DNA from: Blepharisma stoltei ATCC 30299
Lineage: Eukaryota > Protista > Ciliophora
Assembly (NCBI GenBank): GCA_965603825.1
Contig: CBFDEM010000029.1
Coordinates: 186,001 to 250,000 of the forward strand
Direction: 5' to 3'
Length of the DNA: 64,000 nucleotides
Notes under the pieces: model-generated
Told to the model about the DNA's origin: nothing
Databases searched by the model: none
Seen by the model: the letters and a program-made list of their open reading frames with translations, nothing else
Made by a program: the position numbers and the translations under genes
In this document: positions 24,093-37,372 of the stretch, piece by piece
Layout of the letters: each line of letters opens with the position of its first letter
How positions within the stretch are numbered: position 1 is the stretch's first letter

Positions 24093-27000
24093 ATGTTTCC
24101 TTTTAAATTATTACCCGGTAGAGATAATAAAATGTCAAATGAGCAAGACCATAAAAGGACTATATTTATAAACGGTTTCGAATCAAACAAACAATTCAAA
24201 TACCCTTCCAACTACATCAGTACAACAAAATACAATATTGTGACATTTTTCCCTAGATGCCTATTTGAACAATTTAAAAAGCTTGCAAATATTTATTTTT
24301 TAGCGATAGCAGTTCTTCAATCGATTCCTCAAATATCCCCACTTACTCCATTTACAGCTATTTTCCCTTTGGTCTTTGTCCTTGCTGTAGCAATGATAAG
24401 AGAAGGAGTTGAAGATTATTTTCGATACAAATCTGACAAAGAAGTTAACTCAGTTCCAGTCAATGTGTATAGAAATGGAAGTTTTTCTTTCAAACGATGT
24501 GATGAAATTCATGTTGGAGAAATCGCTTTATTGAGAAAAGATGATGCTATTCCTTGCGATATGGTTATGCTGTCAAATTCAAATGAAAATGGAGTCGCTT
24601 ATATAGAAACCTCGACAATTGATGGAGAAAAAACACTCAAACCTAGACAAGCATTTCCAGAAACGTTAAAGTTTTTCAGAGAAAATGATTTTATTAGAAT
24701 ATTTAGCATGGTTCAATGTGATTTGCCAAATCCCAGGATTTATCAATTTAATGGAGCAATTGATTATAAAAATAAAAAATACCCACTAGATAAGAATAAT
24801 TTATTACTAGGAGGAGCTTTTATAAGGAATACAGCATGAGTTATTGGTGTTGTGGTATATACAGGAAAAGAAACTAAATTAAGACAAAATCTAATGGCAA
24901 GAACCTATAAACAAAGCAGCATAGAAAAAAACGTGAATAAATATATCTTTTATATATTGATCATGCAATTTGTTCTATGCACTTTTTGCGCAATCCTTTC
25001 TGGAATCTGGTCATATAAATATCTTGGAGAGCATTACTACATTGATCAGCACGATTTTCAGTCAGGACTTGTTGGATTTTTATCATATTTTACTTACTTG
25101 CTGCTTCTTAATACAATGCTACCAATTTCGCTCATAATTTCTCTTGAATTAATTAAAGTTGCCCAAGGATTTTTTATGGAGAGGGACATAGAAATGTATA
25201 GCAAGATTAGAAACAGAACATGCAAAGTCTCATCATATAGCTTAAATGAAGAATTAGGGATGGTTCAACATATTTTTTCAGACAAAACAGGAACTTTAAC
25301 GCAAAACAAAATGGAATTCAAATTTTGCTCGGTAGGGAACAAAATGTATGGAGACAAAAAAGCGCTTTCTGACAAAGAATTTCAATCAACCGCTACTTAT
25401 TCGACTAAAGAAACCATTTTTACGTTTAATTCAAAAGAAATCACAAATGATTTGTTTTCTGAAAAAGGAAATGAAAAATTAATTTACTCAATAAATTATT
25501 CTTTTGATGAAAAAATGCAATCTTTTTCGAAGCAAAGTGAGCCATTAGACCATTTTTTTAGATGTATGAGTCTTTGTCATGAATGCCTAGTTGAAAGCAA
25601 TAATAATGGAGATGTCGATTATATTGGGCAGAGTCCAGATGAAATTGCTTTGGTAGATGCAGCTAGGCATCTAGGATATAGGTATTGAAAAATAAAAAAT
25701 AATGAAATTGAGCTGCATGTAATTCCTTTTCGCAATGAAGATAAAAAGATAAGAGAGTTTTATGAAAAAATTTGCGTGTTAGAATTTGACTCTGACAGAA
25801 AGAGAAATTCTGTCGTCGTGAGAGAAAAGAGCACAAATAAAATTTTCCTGTATATAAAAGGTGCTGATAATATCATAAAGCAAAGGCTTGATCCAAGGAA
25901 CTCTAGTGACTATTTAGAAAAAATTAGCCATGATCTTGATACTTATTCTAAAAGAGGATACAGAACTCTACTTTTTGGATTTAAAATTATTGAGGAAGAA
26001 GAATTTCTATCATGAATGGTAAAATTTGCAAAGGCGAGCACAGCAATTGAAGACAGGTATACACAACTTTCTCAATGCGCAGAAGAAATAGAAAAAGGCA
26101 TTTTTCTATTAGGCTGCACTGCTGTAGAAGATTCTTTACAAGATGAAGTCCCAAATACTATTAATTCACTATTAAATGCAGGAATTAAAGTTTGAATGCT
26201 TACTGGTGACAAGCTAGAAACAGCTGAAAATATTGGAAAAACATGCTCATTATTATCAGATGAAATGATTATTGAAAAATGCTCAGAAACTACAATTTCA
26301 GGCTGTCTCATAACTCTATCACAAATTGATCGGGTAATATCATCAAGCCATCATATTGACTCTGCTCTTATCATAGAAGGCCAATCACTTGAAATTGTTC
26401 TTTTTGATATCAAAAACACTGAAAAAGTACAAAAATACCCAGAATTCGCAAAAAATGAAAAAAAAATTAAAGAAATCACAGAACATTTTTTGAATATTGC
26501 GTCTAGGTGTAAGACAGTAATTTGTTGTAGAGTAACTCCAGGTCAAAAAAGAGAAGTGGTAAAATTAATGAAAGACAGGAAAAAATTAGTTACTTTATCA
26601 ATAGGGGATGGTGCAAATGATGTTTCTATGATTTTAGAAGCTCAGGTTGGGGTAGGAATTTATGGAGAAGAAGGAATGCAAGCAGTCCAAGCTAGTGATT
26701 ATGCTATAGGGGAATTTAAATATTTATGAGAACTTTTGCTTGTGCATGGAAGATTTAATTACATAAGACAAAGTGAAATGATTTTATATTTTTTTTACAA
26801 AAATCTGGTATTCACAATTCCTCAATTTTTATTTTCTTTTTATTGCGCATATAGTGGGAAATCGATCTGGGATGATTGATATATCACACTCTTTAATATG
26901 CTTTTCACTGCAGTACCACTTATGATAAGAGCTCTATTTGAAAAAGATATAATTATTCCGAGAAGAGCAGAAACATCAAGCCAAGGAGAAGATCGCCAAT

Positions 27001-27638
27001 CAGTCTTAAGGAGACTAGTGCCGAGAGCTTACAACATAGGCAGAACCAATAAAATATTTACCCGAATAAATTTTTTCAAGTGAGTTATTAACGGATTTTT
27101 CCATTCTCTGATAATATTTTTTATTCCTCTTTACGCTTTATCAGAAGGAATTATGAATAAAAAAGGAGATAATTATGACTTTTGGACATTTTCGATTACA
27201 GCTTTTACGTGTGTTCTTTTTATCGTAAATTTAAAGCTGTTTCTCCATACAAAGCTATGAAACTCATTTCACTCAGCAGCGATGCTTGGAACAAGTATTT
27301 TTATTTATTTTGTTTTTATGCTCATTTATGATGCCCTATCATCATTTTCAAACAGATTTTCAGTATGGCAAATATTGTTGAGCTCTTATTTTTATTTTTC
27401 AGTGCTTATTTCTATGAGCATCGTAGTGGTGATTGATGGAGGATTATTAATGTTTAGAAGGATTTCTAATCCTGATGACTCAGAGGTATTGATGGATTAC
27501 TCTTTGTCAGTAAAGAGAGAAAAGATGGATAAAATAAAAATCAACAAATCAAGACTGACGACACCTTTTATTACGTTGTCGTCAAGCCAAAGTCAAATAA
27601 ACTGAAGCGTATTGTACTTAAATAAAATTATTTTTTAA
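24093..27638 (+). CDS. P4-type ATPase (phospholipid flippase)
   Basis: IDGEKTLK, PISL, DKTGTLT, SPDE, FDSDRKR, KGAD, KVW(TGA)MLTGDK, GDGAND; ends at 27638 (TAA), or at 27605 if the last TGA terminates. Confidence 0.93.
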
Positions 27639-28227
27639 TTCGCATAATTATTAAAGAACTAAGGTATGGGAAATGCTTATTTAAGAATAAAATATGGTAT
27701 AGCAGGCTACTATTAAAGAGATCATTCAGCTTAGAACATATATTATTGAGGAAAGGTTGATATAAATATTTAATAGTATTTTTTTACTTATTAAGACAAA
27801 TATAATATTTATGGCAGAATAATTGATTAATGCAAATTATCAAGATCTTTTTGAAACTTTTTTGGAATTAATGGCAAGCTTGATCATAGGCGATGGTAAA
27901 AATGTTAGTGAGTTGAAGACATACAAATACGCTTTATTCAAGCATCTACTAATTTAAACTATTCATCCAACAAGCTATGAATTTATGATAAATTCTCAAC
28001 TGTCCCAATAGTTTATCAATAGCAAACTAATTATTATCATAAAAACTGCTTCAATTTACGATTTTGCATTTTTTAAAATTTTTAGAATTCAACAAATCTT
28101 GTTCCTCTCGTCTTATCAATTGGAATATCACTATAATTTTTTAGCGAAGCATCTTTTGATCATCCCTTCTTCACTTATAGCCTAATTTCAGTTTCGGTGG
28201 CAAGAAAGAATGACTTATTATTAAAAG

Positions 28228-28716
28228 ATGGAAAGAAAATTCGCGCTTATAACAAAAGGAGACTTATCCCCAATATCACCTTTTTCGCAGTTTTGTTTAA
28301 CTTCCCTCCCTCCGATTGGAACTTTTAGTGCACAAGTTGAAGATCGAATAATCCCTGAAGAAAAAGAAGAAACAAAAATCGAGCAATTGCCCATTGTAAA
28401 TACACCCTGTGGGTGTAAACGAACTCATTGCTTGAAACTATATTGTGAGTGCTTTGCAAATAACAGGTACTGTGTAGGATGCAATTGCCACAATTGTCAT
28501 AATCTGCCAAGCTATGATGATGCAAGGCAGGCAACGATGAAGCAAATTGCTGAGAGAAATCCTGTAGCTTTTAAGCCTGAAAATAATACAGTTCTGAAAG
28601 TTTGCCACTGTAAAAGATCGAATTGTGTTAAAAAATATTGCGAGTGCTATGAAGCTTCAAAGGCATGCACGCCGCTCTGCAAATGTGAGGGGTGTAAAAA
28701 TATGAGTGTAGGATAA
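28228..28716 (+). CDS. Tesmin/TSO1-like CXC (LIN54 CRC domain) protein
   Basis: CGCKRTHCLKLYCECF..RNPVAF..CHCKRSNCVKKYCECY. Confidence 0.9.
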   Translation: MERKFALITKGDLSPISPFSQFCLTSLPPIGTFSAQVEDRIIPEEKEETKIEQLPIVNTPCGCKRTHCLKLYCECFANNRYCVGCNCHNCHNLPSYDDARQATMKQIAERNPVAFKPENNTVLKVCHCKRSNCVKKYCECYEASKACTPLCKCEGCKNMSVG

Positions 28717-29799
28717 GAGTTGTCTTAATGAATTAATATAAGTAATTTATTAGTTAGACTAATTAATGTTTCGTTATTTTGGCTTTTTATTTATATTATT
28801 AAGTTAATTTGATTGAAATGAGAATTATTTCGTGTATTGCTAATTTTAAGATCAATTTTTCTTTTAAATGTGATTTACAATTCTATTTTATTTTGATGAT
28901 AGTGCGTTGCATTTTTAATTTGTTTTAACGTTATCACACATTTTTGACTGTAGAGAAAGTGAAATTATTATTCTAAGCTTAATAATTATATAAGTTGGAT
29001 ATAGGGATAGCCCAGTTAATTTTTGGACACATACCCATCTATTTTATTTTTGAAAAATTCATATCAATCACTTGCCCTAGCTCATTTAAATATGGCACCC
29101 AAACTCTATGATTTTATAAAATTTCAAGCTGACAGTATATAAGCATTAAATTAAGAGTTCCAAGTCTCATTAAAGTATTAATAGAAATATGTTTTTGTAA
29201 ATCTGAAATCTCATTTAATTTATCAAATAAAATGAAAATGATAAATACGGAAAATGTCCTTTAAATCTATAGAATTTTAATAAGTTTTGATGTCTTGCCT
29301 TTAAGAAAAAAATATGAATGAACAACAGAATAAATTTGTATAAAATAATTAATCTCATCTCCAAGTAATCTTCTCATATGCTTACAGTTATATAGCTATT
29401 TGAAATACCGATATAACTTTCCGATTATAATTTTTAAAATGATCATTTACCACAAAAAATCTACATTCACTTTGGAAATCATTTAAATTGTATCAATATT
29501 TCTAGAAAATTTTGAAAAGCTAAACTTAAGATACTTTTTGTGAACAATACCGATTTGATATAATCTCTGATTTTACTATCTTTAGTAATTATAGAAGGAC
29601 AAAAAACATATATATTGAAAGCAAAGCACCATATTAAATAGTCAAAAATAAGAAATTATTAAATCAATCACAATTTTAAAATTGATATTTAAAAACGAAA
29701 AATTTTGATCATAAGAAACTATTTAACAATACTATGCGAGCTATTTTATTGAGCATTCTTAATTTTCGCATTGCAGTTTTCTAAATAATTTACTTAGAA

Positions 29800-30399
29800 T
29801 TAGCCAAATGGTGAAAAATTACCAAATTGGAATCCTCTCAAATTCATTATATAATTCCAATACCAGTAAAGTCCATACTGCATCGACATTTGATTATATG
29901 AGTACTGATCATTATTCACTGGCTCAATTTTTTCTTTTTCTTCAATAGGGGTCTCAAATTGTTTTTTAACTTCAACAGCTTTTGTTATTTCTTTCTTCGG
30001 TTTTGACTTTTTATAAACTCTCAACTTATAGGTCATTCCCACATTAATATTTCCTAAATCCTTAATTTTCTTCCATTCTAATTAAAAATTACTTCTTTCT
30101 TGCTTTGAATAATAAACAATAACAAAGTCACTACTAATATTCAACTTCAAATTTTTTATAGCTTTTTCAAGAACTTTTTCAAATTTGATATCAGTTCGAG
30201 TGGTAAAATTAGAGGATACTGGCCTACGATTTTGTCTGCTGCATGTGCAGTTTACTATGGCATTTTCATGGGTTTCCTTGACAGGGGTCCTTGTTGGCGA
30301 AAAATGGGCTGCGGGCTTTCTGACTCTGTTGGAGACTCGCAATGTGCTGTCATTTGATCTTCTGGCCATTTGTCTTGTCTGCTGTTTAATGGTTTCCAT
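29800..30399 (-). CDS. Hypothetical protein, one 15-nt intron
   Basis: ORFs 30082-30399 and 29800-30042 join after removing 30078-30092. Confidence 0.7.
30078..30092 (-). other. 15-nt intron (gtaatttttaattag)
   Basis: GT..AG with A at position 10; removes an in-frame TAA. Confidence 0.8.
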
Positions 30400-30864
30400 T
30401 TATTATTATAAGAAAATGGCACAGACAGTTGTTTGAAAGTATAATCTCCCTAATTTTGAAAGTAATCAGAGTTAGTTAAAAATTCAGGTATCTTGGAATT
30501 ATTAAAGAGATATGGATGAAAACAGATTTAAACATATGGTTCGTCTCCAGTTAAATGATCATTTTTAAAGTAATTTAAAATAATTTAAGATGGGCCAGGA
30601 TTTGCTTTAGATAAAATGAAAACTAAAAAGGATTTTTTTAAATTCCTGCTAATGAGCGTAACCAATCATTTTGCTAGAGAAATTTTGATCTTTTATATTT
30701 AACTTACCATTAATTTTAAAAAAGCCTCTCAATCTTGAAAATAGCCATATCAAATTGAATTAAAAGAAACAACTAATTAATATAAATTGTAAATTAATCG
30801 CTATAAGGCTACTACTCAAGGTATTTGAAATCGAAAATTTATGGCCATCTAATCTTTCGAAAAC

Positions 30865-32292
30865 TTATGAAAATCTATTTTTTATTTGTATTTTATTCAG
30901 TATATTCTCCCGTTTTTGCTCATAATTATCTGTACCCAGCACAACTCCAAGATTGCAAGCACAAACTTCTATCTTGCCCGGATTTCTCAAGTTTTTTGCA
31001 AGTTCATAAGCTTGCTTGAAAAACAATGCACTATTTTTCAAATTATGGTAACTATTATATAACTGTCCTAATGATAAAACTATTTCATACTGTAGCCTCG
31101 TGTGCTTTAATTTTTCTGCATAACTTGCGCACTTCTAAATAAATATTACATAAAGATATTCAGCAGCTTTTGCAAAATCATTAATCCTAGTATAAGCTAA
31201 GCCTAGCTGCCCTAATGTAATGCATTCTGCATGCTTATCATCTAATATTTTTGCATATTCCAATGATTTTTCAAAAGCTGAAATAGCTTTCATATTATCT
31301 CCCAGCTCTTTTTCGCAAACACCAATATTATAATATGCCACAAACTCTCCATCAGTGCTGCTTTGCTCTAGCATTTTTGTATGAAACTGGCGTGATTTTT
31401 CTGTCTTTCCTTGTATATAATATAAAACTCCTAATCTATTTAAAGCCAAGCATTCACCAATTTGATCCTGGATTGTTTTTGCACAATAAAAAAAACGTTT
31501 AAAACTGATTTCTGCTTCATGAATTTTGTTTTCTTTTTCATTCAAAACGCCTTCGGTGAACGCAAAGTGGGCCTCTTTGATGATATCATAGGTTACGTAT
31601 CTATATGAAGATTTTATTGAATGATCTTTTATTGAAGGGTTTACCATTGCAGGGATAGATGGTGCTCAACCACCACCAGGAGAAAGAGGAGCTGAAGTTG
31701 ATGCATTGAGACCTCCAGGAGCTTGGCAATGCAATTGCTTATTGAAATAGTCTTCTTTTACTTCAATTTCTTCATGCTGCATGCTTTGGTAAATAACTTT
31801 ATTTTCAGGAAGCAGCTCTCTAAGCCTTGGATTATTATTTAAAATTGTCTCTCTTTTTTTTTGTAATTCTAATTTTAACTCTTCAAGAAGTTCTTTTTTT
31901 GGAGTTACAAATACTTCTTTAAACATCATGAGCTCTTCTTCAACACGGTTCATTGGGGTTTTATAAAAATGCTTATCACTACTTGCTCTAGATAAACTAA
32001 GAGGGATTTTTGGAGATGGTGGGACGCTTGAGTTTGATATAGTATTGAAAACTGTTTTTTGAATAGTAAAATATTGATTTTTACTTGTTGTGGGACGCTG
32101 GTCAAAAGCACGGCTCATTATATTTCTTCTACCAGGAATTCTGCTTACAGGTCTATTTACAGTAGGCCAATTTATGAAATTTTTTGAGTCTTCTGAAGGA
32201 GAGTACGCTATTATACTTGATTTTTTTTCTAGCGCAATATCATCTACTAATTTTTGCAATTTAATTCCAGCTTGTGATTTCGTTTTATTCAT
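30865..32292 (-). CDS. TPR protein, TTC29-like, one 15-nt intron
   Basis: GECLALNRLGVLYY, AYYNIGVC, CITLGQLG; TGA at 31666-31668 read as Trp; intron 31135-31149; TAA ends at 30865. Confidence 0.8.
31135..31149 (-). other. 15-nt intron (gtaatatttatttag)
   Basis: GT..AG with A at position 10; removal extends the TPR frame by 89 codons. Confidence 0.85.
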
Positions 32293-32560
32293 AAATAAAA
32301 AATTACATAAATATGTATCTTGACTACCATTCAATAAAGGTCCAAAATATTTTTTAAATTTATTGTTTTTTCAGATAAATTTGCATATAGAAGGTTTTCT
32401 CTCAAATAAAAAAATTCGCAAATCATTTCTCCTTCATCATAAATAAAAAAATAAATCTTATACATCTATAAATTTGCTTACATAAATGCTAAATTTATCT
32501 TAATAACATATGACATTTGATAACCCACATCACAATGGTTATGGCAAAATTTAATTAGGC

Positions 32561-33466
32561 ATGGTACGAGAAGAGCTCCAAAAATTCGTCTGTGGAGGAA
32601 TAGCTGGCGCTGTAGCAAAAACATCAATAGCGCCGTTTGATAGAGTCAAAGTCCTTTTTCAAACAACAGTCCGATCCTTTTCACTCAGAAGTGCTTATTT
32701 TGAAATCTCTCGAATTTATACCCAAGAAGGAATCAGAGCTTTTTGAAAAGGAAATTTCGTCCAACTTGTAAGGATAATTCCATACTCAGCAATTGTAACA
32801 ATAACATAGCAATTCATGATGTATGACTATTTCAAAAGAAACTATTTTCAGTCCACGACAAACCAAGGCAGAGCTCAAACTTTGCTTTATAATTTTCTGC
32901 CAGGATCAATTGCGGGAGCAATAGCAGTGACGTGGACTTATCCTTTTGAAGTTGTAAGGACACGACTAGCAGTGCAGGTCACGTCGAAAATCTACACAGG
33001 AATCTTCCATGCTTTCTCTCATATAGGACATAATGAAGGGTATAAAGGTCTTTTTAATGGTTTTTCACCCACAATGTTAGGAATAGTTGTGTACAGCGGA
33101 ACAACATTTTCGTTGTATTTTTCGTCAAAAGAAATTATAGGTCACAAAGGCTCAAAAGAGCACTTTCTATTTGGAGCAGTTTCAGGGCTATTAGGGCAAT
33201 TATCATCATATCCTTTTGAAGTCATTAGAAAAAGAATGCAGGCTCATGGATTCATTGAAAAAGTGTCATCCTTTAAATCGTCATCTGGAGATTTTGCTTT
33301 AAAAGGATGGATGAGCTATGGATTCATGATAGTGAAAACCGAAGGAGTCAAAGGTCTATTTAAAGGCTTTACTATGAATATGGTAAAGTCTCCAATTGCT
33401 TCCGGAATAGTGCATACTTCAAACGAAGCTCTAAACCTATATGCAAACAAGAGCTGGAAGAAATAA
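32561..33466 (+). CDS. Mitochondrial carrier, CoA-transporter-like (SLC25A42/SLC25A16/Leu5), one intron
   Basis: GGIAGAVAKTSIAPFDRVK; AFW(TGA)KGN..RIIPYSAI|QFMMYD after splicing; YPFEVVRTR. Confidence 0.88.
32795..32809 (+). other. 15-nt intron (gtaacaataacatag)
   Basis: Removal restores the canonical PYSAIQF motif. Confidence 0.9.
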
Positions 33467-33529
33467 GCTGAATAATCTTAGAGATGTTATGATTAATTAA
33501 ATTTTGATGGATTTTCACAATTTTTCATA

Positions 33530-34720
33530 ATGTTAAGCCATATTCGTCGGTGCTTTAGTTTTTCCCAGAAACTTACATTTACAGACCCAAATGCTTTGAA
33601 AATCCCGACCTTCCGTTGCATTGATGAGAATGGCTTACCATTAAAAGGAGCTGAAGTTTACATAGACGCTGTTTCTAAGTCATTACTGATGGACATATAC
33701 AAGACAATGGTTGAGGTCCGAGAATTTGACACAATTTTCTACGATCTCCAGCGCCAAGGCAAGGTTTCTTTCTATATGCAAAACACTGGTGAAGAAGGGC
33801 TACAAGCTGGCACAGCTGCAGCCTTAGATAAAGATGATTGGATTTGTCCACAATATAGAGAGCTCGGCTTATTCTTCTGGCGAGGCTTCGATATCCAATT
33901 AGCAAGCCACCAAATGTACGGCAACAAATTAGACCTAGGGGAAGGCAAACAAATGCCAGTTCACTATGGCTGCAATGCTGCAAAAATTCAACATGTCAGT
34001 TCTCCACTTGCCACACAAATTCCACAAGCTGCAGGATTGGGATATGGGCTGAAAATCAGAGGCGAACAAAACATTTGTGTGTGCTTTTATGGTGAAGGAG
34101 CAGCCAGTGAAGGGGATGCTCATGCTGGGTTAAACTTTGCGGCGACTACAAAAGCACATACACTTTTCGTATGCAGGAACAATAAATATGCAATAAGTAC
34201 ACCGATAACGGATCAGTTTGCAAGTGATGGAATTGCGCCTAGAGGAGTTGGATATGGGATGCCAAGCATCAGGGCTGATGGAAATGATGTATTTGCAGCT
34301 TATAACGCAGTAAAAGAGTCAAGAAAATTAGTTCTCAGCACACCTGGGCCGGTGTTATTAGAATTTATGACTTATAGAGTTGGCCATCATTCGACGTCTG
34401 ATGACTCTACCCGATACCGCACAAAAGAGGAAATTGAGTTTTATAAGAATGTGGATAATCCCATTTTAAGGACTGAAAAGTTCATGATGCATGCTGGATG
34501 GCTTGATTTTGACCCTGTTCAATATGCTAAAGATGTAAGAGAACGAGTTTTGAAAGCCAAAACAGTCGCAGAACATATTGAGTTTCCGAAATGGACAGTG
34601 ATGTTTTCCAATGTATATGACAAGCTGACACCTGAGCTTGAAAGACAACAAGAAGAAATGAAAAAACACTTGGAGAAGTATGGGGACAAATATCATATTG
34701 AAAAGCATGAGGCTGTATAA
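33530..34720 (+). CDS. BCKDHA: Branched-chain 2-oxoacid dehydrogenase E1 alpha
   Basis: QRQGKVSFYM, GKQMPVHYG, SSPLATQIPQA, GEGAASEGD, YRVGHHSTSDD. Confidence 0.95.
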   Translation: MLSHIRRCFSFSQKLTFTDPNALKIPTFRCIDENGLPLKGAEVYIDAVSKSLLMDIYKTMVEVREFDTIFYDLQRQGKVSFYMQNTGEEGLQAGTAAALDKDDWICPQYRELGLFFWRGFDIQLASHQMYGNKLDLGEGKQMPVHYGCNAAKIQHVSSPLATQIPQAAGLGYGLKIRGEQNICVCFYGEGAASEGDAHAGLNFAATTKAHTLFVCRNNKYAISTPITDQFASDGIAPRGVGYGMPSIRADGNDVFAAYNAVKESRKLVLSTPGPVLLEFMTYRVGHHSTSDDSTRYRTKEEIEFYKNVDNPILRTEKFMMHAGWLDFDPVQYAKDVRERVLKAKTVAEHIEFPKWTVMFSNVYDKLTPELERQQEEMKKHLEKYGDKYHIEKHEAV

Positions 34721-34780
34721 GATAACCCAGGTAAATAATCTTTTATTCATAACTCTTAAATTAGAAAATAAAAATCTTCT

Positions 34781-36196
34781 TTATAGATCAGGGGTGTGTG
34801 GCTTTATTGTTAAATCTGAATTTAACTGTATAAAAGTTAGCAAGTTTTCAAAAGATTTTTCTTCCTTGAAATCTATCCCAGTTTTATCATTTGCTGGGTA
34901 AAATTTTATGGTTGGAAACTCAGTTATAATTATTCCTTTAATATCATTTTTATTCATATCTATTTTTGAGACAATTATGTTATCGTTTTCGACAAGCATC
35001 TCCGCTAGTTTTTGAAATTCTTTTTCGACGTCCTTGCATTCAGAACATCCCTCAGCCATGAATTCTACAATGACATTTATGTTTTTGTCATATACAATTT
35101 CTTCAAAATTTTTTCCAACTAAAACCCTCAAGCTATTTTCAAAAGGGTTTTCAGGTATTTCTTGAGATTTTAAATAAGGAACGGCAGAATTATTTTTGAA
35201 CTCCTCAATTAATAGTCTAGCTGAGCTAATAGTAAATTTATTTTTAATTTTGTATTTAGATGTGCTAAGCATAGGATCAATTATCATAAACGTTGGCTGA
35301 TTTTTTTCACTAATTCCTACCATTTCTGAAAATATAGGATAATCAGAAATATCTCCATATATAAAAGTAATAAAATCCCTATACTCATTAGCTAATTCCT
35401 CAATTTCGCTTTTATATAGTTCTGCTTCACTTTTTGCTCTTAAAAATAAAGCTGCTTGGTTTTTATTTTGTAATATAAAATCAATAGAATAGCTGTCAAG
35501 AGGTATTAAAGAAGGTTTTTTGTGTAATTCAATAAGTCTTATAAATTTTAATATGTCAGTTTCTTCAATATCAAGCTTCACTTTTTCTTGCCCAAAATCT
35601 TTAAATATTATCACTTGGCTTTGTATGACATTAAAACAGTCCCAAGTATCAGAATTAATTGAAACATAAAAGGCCGGCTCTTCGATTTTTTGAGCGATAT
35701 ATTCAAAGGATTTTATGATTGGAATATCAGGTTTTGAAAATAAGACAATAGCTGTTTTCTCTAATTCAATTTTATTGAGTAAATCTTCTGTTTCATTTAT
35801 GTATAAAATTGAAATTCCTAGCTGCCTTTTAGTTCATAATATGATAGAATCAGAGCTCATTTGTCCACTGTATTCTATTGGAATTCTTCCGATAAAATAA
35901 ACTAATTTTGGGAATGATGTAATTCCATAATCTACAGCGATATCACTGTTATTTGCATTAAACACTCCCAGTTTAAAAGAAGGAGATAAATGCAATAATT
36001 TCTTAGCAGCTTTGATAAATTCAGGATGAAAATTTTGACATTGAATATCTTCTTCTATATAGAATTCCACTAGCATCTTTTGATGGATTTTCACAATATC
36101 TTTGAAGTTTTTATCAGTCAATGTAATAGTAGGATTGTCTTCTAAGGCAAAAATAAATAAAGGATAAATAATAAGAATCAAAAATTTTAATGCCAT
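34781..36196 (-). CDS. Protein disulfide isomerase-like ER protein with atypical active sites
   Basis: Signal peptide; abb'a' layout; LKSQEIPE..VLVGKNF; sites DIQC and CSEC; C-terminal TPDL; TGA at 35834-35836 read as Trp. Confidence 0.82.
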
Positions 36197-36291
36197 AATT
36201 AAATTTATAATTGCAAATTTTTAATAAATATTTCATTATATTACTATGCCAAAGCACTAGGAAATAGATCGCATATAAATAATAATCTGCA

Positions 36292-37359
36292 TTAATCTGC
36301 TTTTGATCTATCAAAATAAGCTGATTTTATAACAAAAATCCCTATATCTGTTGAAAAAGCGATATGAGGGCTTCTAACATGAACAACATAAGGATATCCC
36401 ATCGAAAAATACGCAAAATTTTTATACTCATCAGTAAGCTCATCTATATCTCTAATATAATTTCTTTCAATTAATCCTTCATTATCCCATATACAAATAC
36501 TCCCTTCCACATCCACTGTAACTATTACAAGTTTGCTAAAAACCAAATTTTCTTCTATATTAATTTGGTCATATGATGGCCCACTATGAAATTCATCTTG
36601 TGTTTCTTTTATATACAAATAATTAAGAGCTGCAATATCAGCTTTACAAGACCCTATATCATGCCTTATTTTGCCTGTAGATATATCCAAAATTTTTATA
36701 TGTCTATTTTCTTGCACCAAAATAATCAAATCATTAACTAATTTCATATGAGAAATATGGCCAAATGAATTTTTGAACTTTGTGATCTCGCTGAGCTTTG
36801 CTTTCTCATTTTTAAATTCGATAATATTTAGTGTCCGAGTTTGGTTAGAGTTAAATGATAAAAAAAGTACGCGGTTCCCATCAAAATCTATAGGAGAACT
36901 AAAAGGTGGCAGCGTAGAAATTTCAAAATGCCGTTTAGTTTCTGATGAAATTTGCGTGATATGAATAGTATTTTTATTGATAAATGACAACGATTCTTTA
37001 GGAATCGTAATAAGACAAACTACATCTTCTCTCATAAGAACCTGCGTGTCATGACAAATATGAACTGAGTGATCATTATCATTAGAAACAGCTAATCTTG
37101 CAGTACATTGATTACTAGACATCAAAGTCACTAAATTATATAAATCTCCAACTGCAGAATATATGATATTATCCCTTGCAACGTGAATTCCTCTTATGCA
37201 TTCTTCACTAAACTCAGCAATAACAATTTCTTGACCTGTCCAAAAATTATGATATAATATTCTCCCAAATGCTGAGCCATAAGCAATCCCTTGTTCACTC
37301 ATGGAAAGACATAAAACAGGATCCCCAAATCTTATATCTATAAATGAAACTAATGCCAT
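36292..37359 (-). CDS. Hypothetical beta-propeller (WD40-like) protein
   Basis: IAYGSAFGRI and VTVDVEGSICIWD; start assigned to the first ATG downstream of the HOOK stop. Confidence 0.65.
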   Translation of the reverse strand: MALVSFIDIRFGDPVLCLSMSEQGIAYGSAFGRILYHNFWTGQEIVIAEFSEECIRGIHVARDNIIYSAVGDLYNLVTLMSSNQCTARLAVSNDNDHSVHICHDTQVLMREDVVCLITIPKESLSFINKNTIHITQISSETKRHFEISTLPPFSSPIDFDGNRVLFLSFNSNQTRTLNIIEFKNEKAKLSEITKFKNSFGHISHMKLVNDLIILVQENRHIKILDISTGKIRHDIGSCKADIAALNYLYIKETQDEFHSGPSYDQINIEENLVFSKLVIVTVDVEGSICIWDNEGLIERNYIRDIDELTDEYKNFAYFSMGYPYVVHVRSPHIAFSTDIGIFVIKSAYFDRSKAD

Positions 37360-37372
37360 AAAATATAAAAAA

